DNA of 32,000 nt from Pyrodictium abyssi (lineage in GTDB: Archaea; Thermoproteota; Thermoprotei_A; Sulfolobales; Pyrodictiaceae), in NCBI RefSeq assembly GCF_036323395.1, contig NZ_AP028907.1:2100001-2132000 (forward strand), given 5' to 3'. A program made the translations under genes and the position numbers. Every line of letters starts with the position of its first letter. Position 1 is the stretch's first letter. Under the pieces are notes generated by a model, which saw nothing but the letters and a program-made list of their open reading frames with translations, made no database searches and was not told where the DNA came from. Shown here one piece after another: positions 1 through 8,802 of this stretch.

Positions 1-191
1 CCGCAGGCGCCCATCCGGCAGCTGTAGCGGAACACGAGCGAGGGGTCGAGCCGCTGCTTGACGTAGAGCAGCGCGTCTAGCACAGTCATGCCGCGGCGGA
101 GGGGCACCCTGTACTCCTGGACCCAGGCCCGGCGCTCCTCGGGGCTATAGCGGCGCACCCGGAGCACGACCCAGCGCTCCCCACTGGCCAC
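1..191 (-). CDS. sdhB: Succinate dehydrogenase/fumarate reductase iron-sulfur subunit, N-terminal part, truncated by window edge
   Basis: Minus strand from a GTG at 191 reads VASGERWVVLRVRRYSPEERRAWVQEYRVPLRRGMTVLDALLYVKQRLDPSLVFRYSCRMGACG, matching the 2Fe-2S ferredoxin-like start of SdhB (SCRMGACG cysteine motif). Confidence 0.9.
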   Translation of the reverse strand, partial: MASGERWVVLRVRRYSPEERRAWVQEYRVPLRRGMTVLDALLYVKQRLDPSLVFRYSCRMGAC

Positions 192-197
192 GGCTCC

Positions 198-533
198 TCA
201 CCACCCTAGCGACCTGGCTAGACCGGCGGAGCCAACAGCTACGATGAGGGCTAGGAGGAGCCAGAACAGCGCCTCCACCGCAGCGCGGCCCCGCCCGCTG
301 TGCACGCGCTCGAGCAGTATGCCGCGGAGCCCGTTGAGCCCGTGGAACCCGGCTGCCAGGAGGACTAGCCAGAGCGTCCAGGGCCTCGGGGGCTGCCGGA
401 GCCAGTCAACCGGCACGTGCTCTAGGAGGTGGAGCGGCAGCGCCACGGCCAGCAGGGCGGCGGCTATGTAGCTGAGTAGCTGCCGTAGAGCCTCGAGCCT
501 CCACCCCAGCGCGGCCACGGCTCGGCTCACCAC
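198..533 (-). CDS. sdhD: Succinate dehydrogenase cytochrome b/membrane anchor subunit
   Basis: C-terminal part of ORF 198..791; hydrophobic, with HLLEHVP and [17 protein letters not shown] at 533 overlaps the end of the upstream gene and is a more likely start than 791. Confidence 0.75.
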   Translation of the reverse strand: MVSRAVAALGWRLEALRQLLSYIAAALLAVALPLHLLEHVPVDWLRQPPRPWTLWLVLLAAGFHGLNGLRGILLERVHSGRGRAAVEALFWLLLALIVAVGSAGLARSLGW

Positions 534-970
534 GCTACGAGCATGTAGGCTGCTAGGGCGGCAGCCAGGCCCGCTAGGACGACAACAGCGTGGAGTAGCA
601 GCCGCTGCGCAGAGCGCAGGCTCGTGGACACGTAGGGTGGCCGGGGTATCCCCGGCCTGCCCAGGCCGAGGCCCAGGGCCTCGACCAGTATGAGCCTCAG
701 CCCGTTGAGCCCGTGGAACGCCGCCGCGGCGGCCACGGCGAAGCGGACCGCCTTGGAGGTTGTCAGGGCGGCTGCGGGCCAGGCTAGCCACGTGTAGCCG
801 GCGAGAGCCCCGCCCATGGTCACCGCGTGGGCCATGAAGTAGGCTAGTAGTATGAGCCCCGTAGCCCGGTGTAGCCGGTGCGCAAGCCTCTCCGGGTTAT
901 CCGGGACACGTAGCCCGGCCAATCCTCCACGCCACCCCCTATGGGCCCCCGGCCTAGTACCTCCTCTCAA
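527..970 (-). CDS. sdhC: Succinate dehydrogenase cytochrome b subunit
   Basis: 147 aa, [24 protein letters not shown] plus [16 protein letters not shown], typical of the SdhC/SdhD family; directly downstream of sdhA. Confidence 0.8.
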   Translation of the reverse strand: MRGGTRPGAHRGWRGGLAGLRVPDNPERLAHRLHRATGLILLAYFMAHAVTMGGALAGYTWLAWPAAALTTSKAVRFAVAAAAAFHGLNGLRLILVEALGLGLGRPGIPRPPYVSTSLRSAQRLLLHAVVVLAGLAAALAAYMLVAW

Positions 971-2702
971 CCGGCTTCCAGGTGGTTATCCGGACCGGTG
1001 TGTAGCCCAGCTCGATCTCGCCGCTGGCGTTCATCACTGCTAGCGTGTGCTTCAGCCAGTTCTCGTCGTCGCGGCGGGGATAGTCGACGCGGTAGTGGGC
1101 GCCCCGGCTCTCGGTCCGGGCGAGCGCCGAGACGGCCACGGCCAGCGCCACGTCGAGCATGTTGGCGGTCTCGAGCACTGCCACCAGGTCGGTGTTGTAG
1201 ACCCTGCTCTTGTCGTGGGGGTAGACGTTCCTCATCGCCTCGCGTAGCTTCTTTATCCGGCGCACGGCCTCCTCGAGGCCGCTCCTGTCGCGGAAGACGT
1301 AGACGTAGCGGTCCATGGTCTCCTGTAGCCTCTCGCGGACCTCGTAGACGCTCTCCCCGCTCTCCCGCTTCAGCAGCTCGTCGTAGACACGCTTCTCCTC
1401 CCTCGAGACCCTCTCCCTGCTGGGCCCCCTGGGGGCTCCCGGGTGCTTCTCTAGGAAGCGGAGAACCTGGCGGCCCACAAGCCTCCCGCTGACGAGGCAC
1501 TCTATGGTGCTGTTCGAGCCCAGACGGTTGGCCCCGTGGATGCTCGCCGCGGCCGCCTCGCCCGCAGCCCATAGGCCGCGTACCCAACGGCCGTCGGCGG
1601 CTAGGACGCGGTAGTAGCCGTCGGTGTGTATCCCGCCCATAGTGTAGTGGGCTACGGGGCGCACCGGGAGGGGCTCCTCGACGGGGTCCACCCCGGCGTG
1701 CTTGATGGCTATCTCGCGGACCGCGGGGAGCCGCTCGCTTATCCGCTCCTCGCCTAGGTGGCGTAGGTCGAGGAGCACGTACTCTAGCCCCGTGTGCTCG
1801 TCGCGTAGCCCCCGGCCCTCCATTATCTCGGTCATGATGGCCCTCGAGACCACGTCTCGGGGCGCTAGCTCCATCCGCTCCGGCGCGTAGCGCTTCATGA
1901 AGCGCTCTCCCCTGGCGTTGACGAGGTAGCCGCCCTCGCCCCGGGCGCCCTCGGTGATCAGTATCCCGCTGGGCACCAGCCCCGTGGGGTGGAACTGTAT
2001 GAACTCCATGTCCTTGAGGGGGATCCCCTCGCGGAGCGCCATGGCGAGCCCGTCGCCGGTGCTAGAGTGGCTGTAGGTCGTGAACCTGTAGATCCGGCCC
2101 GCGCCCCCGGTGGCTATCACACCGGCCCTGGCCTTGAATACTATCATCTCGCCGCTCCGGAGGTCCAGGGCCGTGGCCCCGCGGAACCAGCCGTCCTCGA
2201 CGACTATGCTGGTCACGTAGACCTCGTCGTACCTGGTCCAGCCGTCGAAGGCCTGGAGTCTGCCGTAGAGCGTCTGCATCTCGAAGAACCCGGTCTTGTC
2301 GGCCGCGTAGCAGGCCCTCGGGAAGCTGTGGCCGCCGAAGGGCCGCTGGGCTATCCTGCCGTCGGGCCGGCGGCTCCAGGGCATGCCCCAGCGCTCTAGC
2401 AGCCGTATCTCCTCCGGCGCCAGCTTCACCATGGTCCAGACAGCGTCCTGGTCCGCGAGGAAGTCGCTGCCCTTGACCGTGTCCCAGGCGTGGAGCGCGA
2501 CGCTGTCGCCCTCCTCGGGGTAGAGCACGGCGGCCGTGCCGCCCTCTGCGGCCACGCTGTGGCTCCTCATGAGCTGGACCTTGCTGACGATAGCCACGTC
2601 TACCCTGCCGCCGCCGGGGCTCCGCTTGATCTCCAGGGCTGTCCGCAGCCCCGCGAGCCCCGAGCCTATCACGAGCACGTCGTGCTCAACTACCTCGACC
2701 AC
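954..2702 (-). CDS. sdhA: Succinate dehydrogenase/fumarate reductase flavoprotein subunit
   Basis: 582 aa with N-terminal FAD-binding [50 protein letters not shown] and [23 protein letters not shown]. Confidence 0.97.
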   Translation of the reverse strand: MVEVVEHDVLVIGSGLAGLRTALEIKRSPGGGRVDVAIVSKVQLMRSHSVAAEGGTAAVLYPEEGDSVALHAWDTVKGSDFLADQDAVWTMVKLAPEEIRLLERWGMPWSRRPDGRIAQRPFGGHSFPRACYAADKTGFFEMQTLYGRLQAFDGWTRYDEVYVTSIVVEDGWFRGATALDLRSGEMIVFKARAGVIATGGAGRIYRFTTYSHSSTGDGLAMALREGIPLKDMEFIQFHPTGLVPSGILITEGARGEGGYLVNARGERFMKRYAPERMELAPRDVVSRAIMTEIMEGRGLRDEHTGLEYVLLDLRHLGEERISERLPAVREIAIKHAGVDPVEEPLPVRPVAHYTMGGIHTDGYYRVLAADGRWVRGLWAAGEAAAASIHGANRLGSNSTIECLVSGRLVGRQVLRFLEKHPGAPRGPSRERVSREEKRVYDELLKRESGESVYEVRERLQETMDRYVYVFRDRSGLEEAVRRIKKLREAMRNVYPHDKSRVYNTDLVAVLETANMLDVALAVAVSALARTESRGAHYRVDYPRRDDENWLKHTLAVMNASGEIELGYTPVRITTWKPVERRY

Positions 2703-3363
2703 TGTCCCCAGTGCCTCCGAGCAGCTCCTCTAGCCTCTCCCGGACCCGGGCCATCACCTCGTCGTAGAGGTTGCGCCCCCACGTGTCTATCACCACCGTC
2801 AGGGGGCCGAAGTCGCGGACACGGAGCAGCCAGACAGCCTCGGCCATGCCCAGCTCCTCGAGCCAGTAGACAGCCTCAACCTTCTCCACAGCCTGGGCGG
2901 CTAGCACAGCTGCGCCGCCGGTGAAGACGGCGTAGACGGCGCCGTAGCGGCGGCAAGCCTCAGCGGTGCCGGGGCCCATGCCGCCCTTGCCTATCACCAT
3001 CCGGACGCCCGTGAGCCTGATGAAGTCCGGCTCTACCGGCTCCATGCGCGCGCTCGTGGTAGGCCCCGCGGCCAGTATCTCCCAGCCGCCGTCGCCCCGC
3101 CTCCGCGCCACCGGGCCCGCGTGGTAGACCGCGAGGCCCCGGGTCGGGAAGGGCAGCTCCCCGCCGCTCTCCAGGATCTCGATTATCCTGCGGTGAGCGG
3201 CGTCACGCGCCGTGAACACGAGCCCCGAGAGGTAGACGGTATCGCCGGCCTCTAGGCGGCGGACCTCGTCCCCGCTCAAAGGGGTCGAGAGCCGGTAGAC
3301 ACGGGACACGGCCACCACGCCCCCGGGAGCAGTGGCTAGATGTGCTCCGAGGTTATCCTCCAC
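2686..3363 (-). CDS. fumB: Class I fumarate hydratase beta subunit (C-terminal type)
   Basis: 225 aa with [53 protein letters not shown] start after the listed Met is possible. Confidence 0.9.
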   Translation of the reverse strand: MEDNLGAHLATAPGGVVAVSRVYRLSTPLSGDEVRRLEAGDTVYLSGLVFTARDAAHRRIIEILESGGELPFPTRGLAVYHAGPVARRRGDGGWEILAAGPTTSARMEPVEPDFIRLTGVRMVIGKGGMGPGTAEACRRYGAVYAVFTGGAAVLAAQAVEKVEAVYWLEELGMAEAVWLLRVRDFGPLTVVIDTWGRNLYDEVMARVRERLEELLGGTGDSGRGS

Positions 3364-4220
3364 GAGCCGTCCGGCCCGAAGACGCCGCTGGCGCGGCGGA
3401 GCGCCCAGCAGCTAAACACCACCCCGACAGCGTAGGTCGCGGGGTGGCGGAACCCGTACTCGATGTGGAGGCCTAGCGCGGTCACCCGGCCCCCGAAGCC
3501 GTGGGGCCCCAGCCCCAGCCGGTTCACCTCCTCGAGCAGCTCCTCCTCCAGCCGCGCAGCCTCCGGATCCGGGTGCCGCGAGCCCAGGGGCCTCAGCAGC
3601 GCAGCCCGCTTAGCCAGGGCGAGAGCCTGGTCGCCCCCAGCAGCAATGCCCACGCCCACCACGAAGGGCGGGCACGGCTTAGGCCCAGCCTCGGCCACAG
3701 CCCGGAGCACCGTCTCGCGCACCGCCCGTAGCCCCCTCAGCGGCAGCGCCATAGCGAGCCGCGTCGGCGCCTCGCTCCCCCCGCCCTTCGCCACGAACAC
3801 AGCCTCCAGCCCGTCGCCGGGGACGAGCTCGACCTCCACCCAGGGCACGTAGCGGCCAGTATTGTCGCCGCTATTCACGCCCCTCAGCGGGTCCACAGCG
3901 TTAGGCCGCAGCGGCACAGCCCTGGTAGCCTCCCTCACAGCCTCAGCAGCTACGTCGTAGAGCCTGCTACGGAGCGGAAACCCGTCCCCCACCCTAAGGT
4001 AGAACAACGGCGTCCCTGTGTCCTGGCACAACGGCCTCCCAAGCCGGGCAGCAAGCCTCGCATTCTCCAGCATAGCCTCAAGCTGCCGCCTGGCCACCGG
4101 GCTATCCTCTGCCTCCAGCGCCCTCTCCAACGCCTCGTACACGTCCCGCGGGAGCCGGGTAACCGCGACACGGATAAGCTCCACAAAGAAGCCCCGCAGC
4201 CTACCCTCCAGCCCAGCCAC
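3336..4220 (-). CDS. fumA: Class I fumarate hydratase alpha subunit (N-terminal type)
   Basis: 294 aa with LGRPLCQDTGTPLFYLRVG, NTGRYVPWVEVELVPGD, VFVAKGGGSEAPTRLAM, CPPFVVGVGIAAGGDQALALAKRA. Confidence 0.92.
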   Translation of the reverse strand: MAGLEGRLRGFFVELIRVAVTRLPRDVYEALERALEAEDSPVARRQLEAMLENARLAARLGRPLCQDTGTPLFYLRVGDGFPLRSRLYDVAAEAVREATRAVPLRPNAVDPLRGVNSGDNTGRYVPWVEVELVPGDGLEAVFVAKGGGSEAPTRLAMALPLRGLRAVRETVLRAVAEAGPKPCPPFVVGVGIAAGGDQALALAKRAALLRPLGSRHPDPEAARLEEELLEEVNRLGLGPHGFGGRVTALGLHIEYGFRHPATYAVGVVFSCWALRRASGVFGPDGSWRITSEHI

Positions 4221-4353
4221 GGCCCCGCACCAGACACGGGCAGGTCAGCGCTGGCAAACCCCTACACAGATCCCACAACAGGACCCCAAATACAGTCCCC
4301 CGCAGCAGGGGAGGACAAAACCGAGACAGCAGCCAGCCAGGGCGCCAAACCAG

Positions 4354-5057
4354 CTACACACGTCCCTCTCGGCGCCCAAGCCTCTCCTCAAGTCTCGCTC
4401 TAATGTAGCGGGCTAGCCCGAGGACCGGAGCTAGGTCGAACGGTAGGAGAAGCCCCGGGATACCCTCAGCCTCAACCCCCAGGACCACAGCCACGTAGCC
4501 GCCGCTCTCCCCGTCCAGGGGCCCCTCGCTCTCCACGTCGATGTCTACGCTGTAGTAGTACATGTCGCCCTCGCCTGCCAGGTAGTCTTCGAGCCCCCGG
4601 TAGAGCCGCGTCCTCCGGGCATAGCCCACAACCCTCCTAGCAGCCCTAACAGCCTCCTCCAGGCCAACGCCCTCCGGCACCTCTACGACGATGCCGCCCT
4701 GGACTTCCACCTGGGTGTGCGAGCGGTCGCCAGCCGGAAACACCACGTCAAGGTAGAGGCTGCTAAAGGGGCCTCGTCCTCCACGGCTACGATCTCTATG
4801 GACGCGCCGTTGGCAGCGCTACAGCCCCTCCCCTGCAACTCCTCGCTTGGGACACGGCACACCACGTCCTCCACGCTCATCGTCTCAAGGAGGCCCAGGA
4901 ACCCCCTAAACACCGCGTAGTCTATGAACCCGGCCAGCAGCGCCGAGGAGGAAACCAGCCGCCCGAACACGCCGAGGCTCAGCCGCCCAGGGGCGAGACT
5001 GCTAAGGCGGCACCGGCTCCACGATACCACTCGCCGCGTAGACCAGCATCTCGACAA
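4354..5057 (-). CDS. Hypothetical protein, apparently one gene split by a frameshift
   Basis: ORFs 4683..5057 and 4354..4746 read as one product: ...ASIEIVAVEDE / GPFSSLYLDVVFPAGDRSHTQVEVQGGIVVEVPEG..., with the shift near ggcccctt at about 4770. True start uncertain. Confidence 0.4.
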
Positions 5058-5513
5058 CCTCCCTGGCCGGCCTCCCCGTCGCCCTCACCAGGCTCTCCAG
5101 AGCCCTAGCAGCCTCGCCGCCCAGCTCCGGCCGGAGCGAGCCAGCCACACACAGCACCAGAACAATGTATACCCCCTGGACTCAGCTCTATATAGCTCTA
5201 TATACAGGCCCCCGGGGAAACTATAGGAACACGCCGCCATGCCCCCGAGGCAGGCAGGGCAGACAGCCCCGAGGAAGCCAGCCAGACCCTGAAGGCCTCT
5301 CCGGGCCCGGCACAGGCAAGGGTGGCCCGTCGCCCTCTGCGCAGCCGAGGAGCTGCTAGCTGGGTGTCGTGGCGGGTCGAGAACCGTAGGCTCGGGGCAA
5401 GGCGGAGCAGTGTCGACGCTGGCGCTGAGACCCGGAAGGAGCTGCAAGAGCTCCTCGACATGCTAGTGTCGAATGCTAGGGCTGGCTCTCGCCGCATATC
5501 TCCCTGGCATGTT

Positions 5514-5777
5514 TTACCCCTTCTTGGTGAGCCCGTAGCTCCTCCTGCCCGGTGCATGGCTCTTCTCCCACGCGAGGCCCATTGCCACGAGTCTCCGGAG
5601 AGCCTTGGAGGCCATGCCGCGGGCCTCGCGGGGCAGCCTCCGAGCTACCGCCTCGGGCGGTATATGGCATTTTGTTGAGGCTCCACAGAGGCTGTAGAGG
5701 GCGCAGAGCACGGCCCGGAGCATGTAGGGCGGGGGCTTCGGGGTCACACTCAACTCCCCTGGTTCTACCAGAACCAT
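5514..5777 (-). CDS. Hypothetical small protein, possible winged-helix DNA-binding
   Basis: 87 aa; C-terminus SKALRRLVAMGLAWEKSHAPGRRSYGLTKKG resembles the recognition helix and wing of an archaeal wHTH regulator. Confidence 0.5.
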   Translation of the reverse strand: MVLVEPGELSVTPKPPPYMLRAVLCALYSLCGASTKCHIPPEAVARRLPREARGMASKALRRLVAMGLAWEKSHAPGRRSYGLTKKG

Positions 5778-5860
5778 GTAGCTACTTAAGCCTTTCTGGC
5801 AGAACAGTTATAGCTCTGCCAGAAACACTCTTCTAGCCCCCCGGGGGAGGCGAGAGTCCC

Positions 5861-6364
5861 TTGGAGACCCTGCAGGAGGCCCGGCTCCTCGAGGAGCCCC
5901 GGGCCGGGAGGAGCGTCACCCTACTCCTCAAAGTGAGGGCGGAGAAGCAGAGGAAACGGCTACGCAACGGCGAGCCTAGAGAGTATGTGGTCTGGCGCGC
6001 CACCATCCCAAGGGAGGCCGCCGAGAAGCTGGGCCTAGACCCCGAGGCCGGCGAGGAGCTGTTGGTCGCCACGCTGGAGGTGCCAGACTGGCCCCTCCTA
6101 CTCCTCTACCACGACCCCCAGACCCGGAGGCTCTGGGACAGGCTACCCCCAGAAGCCAAGGCCAAGGCCTGCAGCCTAGGCCACGCCCCCGAGCAGCTCT
6201 GCCGCTACTATCGTACCATAACCGTGATAGCCGGCGAGGAGGAGCTAAAGCGCCTCGGCCTAGAGCCCGGCCAGCCCATAACCCTCCGGGAGCTACTAAA
6301 GCGGGCAAGAAACACAAACAACAGCAACAGCCAGGCCGCGACAAAGCAGACAAAAGGCCTCTAA
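5861..6364 (+). CDS. Hypothetical protein, possible AbrB-like element in the N-terminal half
   Basis: 167 aa, charged composition, VVWRATIPREAAEKLGLDPEAGEELLVATLEV; sense-strand coding character. Confidence 0.5.
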   Translation: METLQEARLLEEPRAGRSVTLLLKVRAEKQRKRLRNGEPREYVVWRATIPREAAEKLGLDPEAGEELLVATLEVPDWPLLLLYHDPQTRRLWDRLPPEAKAKACSLGHAPEQLCRYYRTITVIAGEEELKRLGLEPGQPITLRELLKRARNTNNSNSQAATKQTKGL

Positions 6365-6532
6365 CCACGCCCTCCCATAGCCCCGTAGACGAAGAAGACA
6401 AGCCACAGAGGCCAACAAAAAGCCCCCAGCTCACCGCCGAACGTCCAACCCCCGGCCCCGGGTTCGGCGAAGAACCCTGCCCGGCCGGCCAAGCCACACC
6501 AGGCGCCAAGATACAGAAACACAGCCCGCCGC

Positions 6533-6701
6533 ATCTCAGCGTCCTCCTGGATTCTTCGCGGCGAGGCAATGGAGATGGACTGGGAGAAGTGCAGCCATCC
6601 CAAGAAGGCTCAGTGCCATCTAGATTCTTCCCTCTACGGCTTCATATGGCTCTTACCCTGTCCACATAGTACTTGAGGTTTCAGTGTCTTCTTGATTCTT
6701 C
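6533..6701 (-). CRISPR. Mini-array A of a CRISPR-like 24-nt repeat: two degenerate copies plus one exact copy
   Basis: Plus-strand exact copy GTTTCAGTGTCTTCTTGATTCTTC at 6678-6701; GGCTCAGTGCCATCTAGATTCTTC at 6607-6630 (19/24 match); ATCTCAGCGTCCTCCTGGATTCTTC at 6533-6557 (one inserted base). Intervening unique sequences 49 and 47 nt. Confidence 0.55.
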
Positions 6702-6966
6702 GCCCATCTCGGCAGCGGCCTCCGCGGCGCGCGGTCTATCTGCCGCGCCAGGACCCAGACGTAGCCTAGGGACTCGCGGTACTCCATAAAGCTCATAGCA
6801 CGGCCACCCCCAGGCCTATAGGCGGGTGCGCGGCGTGGCGCGTGGAAGGAAGGCTATGACGTGGAGAGAGGCTATAGACTGGGCTATACGGGAGTACCGC
6901 GAAGACCTAGACAAGCTCAGAGAATACGACCTCAAGGCCAGGAAGCCAGCCAAGGCCTAGACACCG

Positions 6967-7398
6967 CTAGCCGTGCTGGATCCTCTGGAGCCAGCGCTTC
7001 ACCTCCTCGGGGCCCCACTCTCCAGCCGCCACGCGGACGGCCACTCTCCAGACACCGCCTGGCCGAGGAGCCTTCAACGAGTTCTTACGCATGAACGCGG
7101 CTAACATGGTGGCTGCCAGCCTCTTGTTGCCGTCTCTCAGCGGATGCCTAGCTATTATCTCGTAGAAGAGCGTGGCCGCTGCAGCGAGCTTCTTCTCCCT
7201 GCACGATCCCCTCGTGAAGGCTGCGGCGAACCTAGCAGCCGACACAGCATCCTCCAGAGCCGCCCTCACGGCGACGTGTATATGGTCCTCTGGGTAGATG
7301 CGCCTAAGCCTCTCCACTGCGTAGAGAAGCGCCTCCACCGTAGGATAGTATATCCTGCACTTCCTCCTGGACCTTCTACCCTTCCTCTTCCCCGCCAC
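6967..7398 (-). CDS. Doc/Fic-like toxin candidate
   Basis: 143 aa; HPLRDGNKRLAATMLAAF matches the Doc/Fic active-site motif H-x-F-x-(D/N)-(A/G)-N-K-R, with L replacing F. Confidence 0.7.
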   Translation of the reverse strand: MAGKRKGRRSRRKCRIYYPTVEALLYAVERLRRIYPEDHIHVAVRAALEDAVSAARFAAAFTRGSCREKKLAAAATLFYEIIARHPLRDGNKRLAATMLAAFMRKNSLKAPRPGGVWRVAVRVAAGEWGPEEVKRWLQRIQHG

Positions 7399-7717
7399 CC
7401 GTCTCCACCTCTCCCGCCATCTTCTCGATCTCGGCGTCGTCTACGACGAGGCGCCTCGACTTCGCCAGGGCTGCTAGGAGCATGGCGTAGGCGTCTGGCG
7501 GCGGCCCCTCCACGACATCGGCGCGGAGCCACTCGTTCACCGCCGCGTCCGCGAACTCCTCCACCGCCTCGCGGAACTCCTCGTCATCCACGTCCACAAC
7601 TATGTCTGCCCTCTTCGCCAGGATCTCTGGCGCGTCCCCGAGAGCCCGCCTCACCCTAGCAAGCTTGGCTTGAAGAGACGCCTTGCCGAGCTTGTAGCTG
7701 AACAAGTCTATGCTCAA
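7376..7717 (-). CDS. Putative antitoxin partner of the Doc-like gene
   Basis: 113 aa, acidic, TTG start, overlaps the start of the Doc-like ORF by 23 nt. Assigned by position only. Confidence 0.5.
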   Translation of the reverse strand: MSIDLFSYKLGKASLQAKLARVRRALGDAPEILAKRADIVVDVDDEEFREAVEEFADAAVNEWLRADVVEGPPPDAYAMLLAALAKSRRLVVDDAEIEKMAGEVETGGGEEEG

Positions 7718-7846
7718 GGCTTCCTCCCACCCCTAGCAGCTATCGCGAGGAGGATCAGGGCGAGCGCCGCGGCGCCAGCAGCCGCGTAGAGCACGGTCCT
7801 ATCGCCGTCGGTCGGGATCAGGGCCCTGGGCTTGTGCCAGGTGGTC

Positions 7847-8024
7847 GTTTCAGTGTCTTCTTGATTCTTCTTGTGAAAGGCGTAGGACACATCACGGTGC
7901 CGCCACTTATACCCGCCTCTAGTTTCAGTGTCTTCTTGATTCTTCAGAGTAGACGCTTAGCAGAACCCACCTTTTTCACCGGGACTACGGGTAAGAAAAC
8001 GTTTCAGTGTCTTCTTGATTCTTC
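7847..8024 (-). CRISPR. Mini-array B: three identical 24-nt CRISPR-like repeats
   Basis: GTTTCAGTGTCTTCTTGATTCTTC on the plus strand at 7847-7870, 7922-7945 and 8001-8024. Intervening unique sequences 51 and 55 nt. No conservation beyond the 24 nt. Confidence 0.65.
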
Positions 8025-8089
8025 TCCATACGAGGAACATTCCCAGCGAGAAAACAGCCCAGGGGAGCCAGGCCGCGGCCTGCAAGGCT

Positions 8090-8278
8090 CTAGGCACCGG
8101 CCAGCGCCCTTAGCCTCTTCATGGCCTCCTGGTAGGTGATTTCCCCCTTCTCCCACCGGGCCAGTATGGCGTGCACCTTCTCACGGTTGCCGTTTCTGGC
8201 CGCCTTCTCGGCGAGCCTCATTAGGCTCATCATCCTCCTGCGCATTTCGACTACCCTAGGATGGGGCATACTCTTCAC
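8090..8278 (-). CDS. Small charged helical protein, possible partner of the PIN-domain gene
   Basis: 62 aa, MRRRMMSLMRLAEKAARNGNREKVHAILARWEKGEITYQEAMKRLRALAGA; its start overlaps the 3' end of the PIN gene. Confidence 0.5.
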   Translation of the reverse strand: MKSMPHPRVVEMRRRMMSLMRLAEKAARNGNREKVHAILARWEKGEITYQEAMKRLRALAGA

Positions 8279-8696
8279 CGGTCCTGTGGTTTATGCAGTA
8301 CAGGCCTAGCCTTATAGCCTTCTTGCACGCCTGCGAGTCGCTGGTCACAAAGTATCTTGCCCCTAGCTCCTTGGCTGCGAGGATGTGTGCGACATCCACT
8401 ACCGTGTTGTCTGATAGTGCTGCTACGCCCCATTTCTGGAGGAGGCTCTTCGCCCTCTTTAGCAGCCTTAGAACGCCGACGCTGTATACGCGTATACCGT
8501 AGCTTCGGGCGAGGAGCCTGGCCGTGGCTTGCTTGTTCACTGCCGCGTACTCCCGGATGAGCAGCTTGCTTGTACAGAGCATGCCCCTGTGCCTCAGCGC
8601 GAACTCTATAGCCTCCCTCCTCGAGTCCTCGAGATCGACGAAGAAGTTCGTGTTCACGTAGTACCGGCACCTCCGCCTAGGCCTCCTCCCGGCCAC
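8256..8696 (-). CDS. PIN-domain ribonuclease-like protein (VapC-like)
   Basis: 146 aa: NTNFFVDLEDSRREAIEFAL, KLLIREYAAV, DNTVVDVAHILAAKELGARYFVTSD. The acidic residues are spaced as in PIN domains. Confidence 0.65.
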   Translation of the reverse strand: MAGRRPRRRCRYYVNTNFFVDLEDSRREAIEFALRHRGMLCTSKLLIREYAAVNKQATARLLARSYGIRVYSVGVLRLLKRAKSLLQKWGVAALSDNTVVDVAHILAAKELGARYFVTSDSQACKKAIRLGLYCINHRTGEEYAPS

Positions 8697-8802
8697 CCCT
8701 CACCGCCTCTTAGCGGACGCGGTCATGCCTAGCACGAAGCCTAGGAAGGTGAGCGCGAACGCCACCACTACCAGGAGCTTCAGCTTGGCCGAGACCGTCT
8801 CC

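Noticed and set aside
941-1587. Plus-strand ORFs 941..1492 and 967..1587 opposite sdhA
   Set aside because: Low-complexity Arg/Pro/Gly-rich translations antisense to a clear enzyme gene; typical of GC-rich spurious ORFs.
6380-6410. GACGAAGAAGACAAGCCAC as another copy of the 24-nt repeat
   Set aside because: Only a 9-nt core matches; the rest diverges too far and falls outside the array spacing.
5976-6603. Minus-strand ORFs 5976..6569 and 6361..6603
   Set aside because: Gly/Arg/Pro/Trp-rich translation antisense to ORF 5861..6364 and extending through the degenerate repeats; looks like compositional noise.
7144-7659. Plus-strand ORF 7144..7659
   Set aside because: Pro/Ser/Arg-rich and antisense to the Doc-like pair, no recognisable motif.
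7834-8139. Plus-strand ORF with repeated SVFLIL segments
   Set aside because: The repeated peptides are just the 24-nt repeat read in different frames (FSVFLIL, FSVFLIL, then FQCLLDSS). The frame is not maintained, so coding is unlikely.
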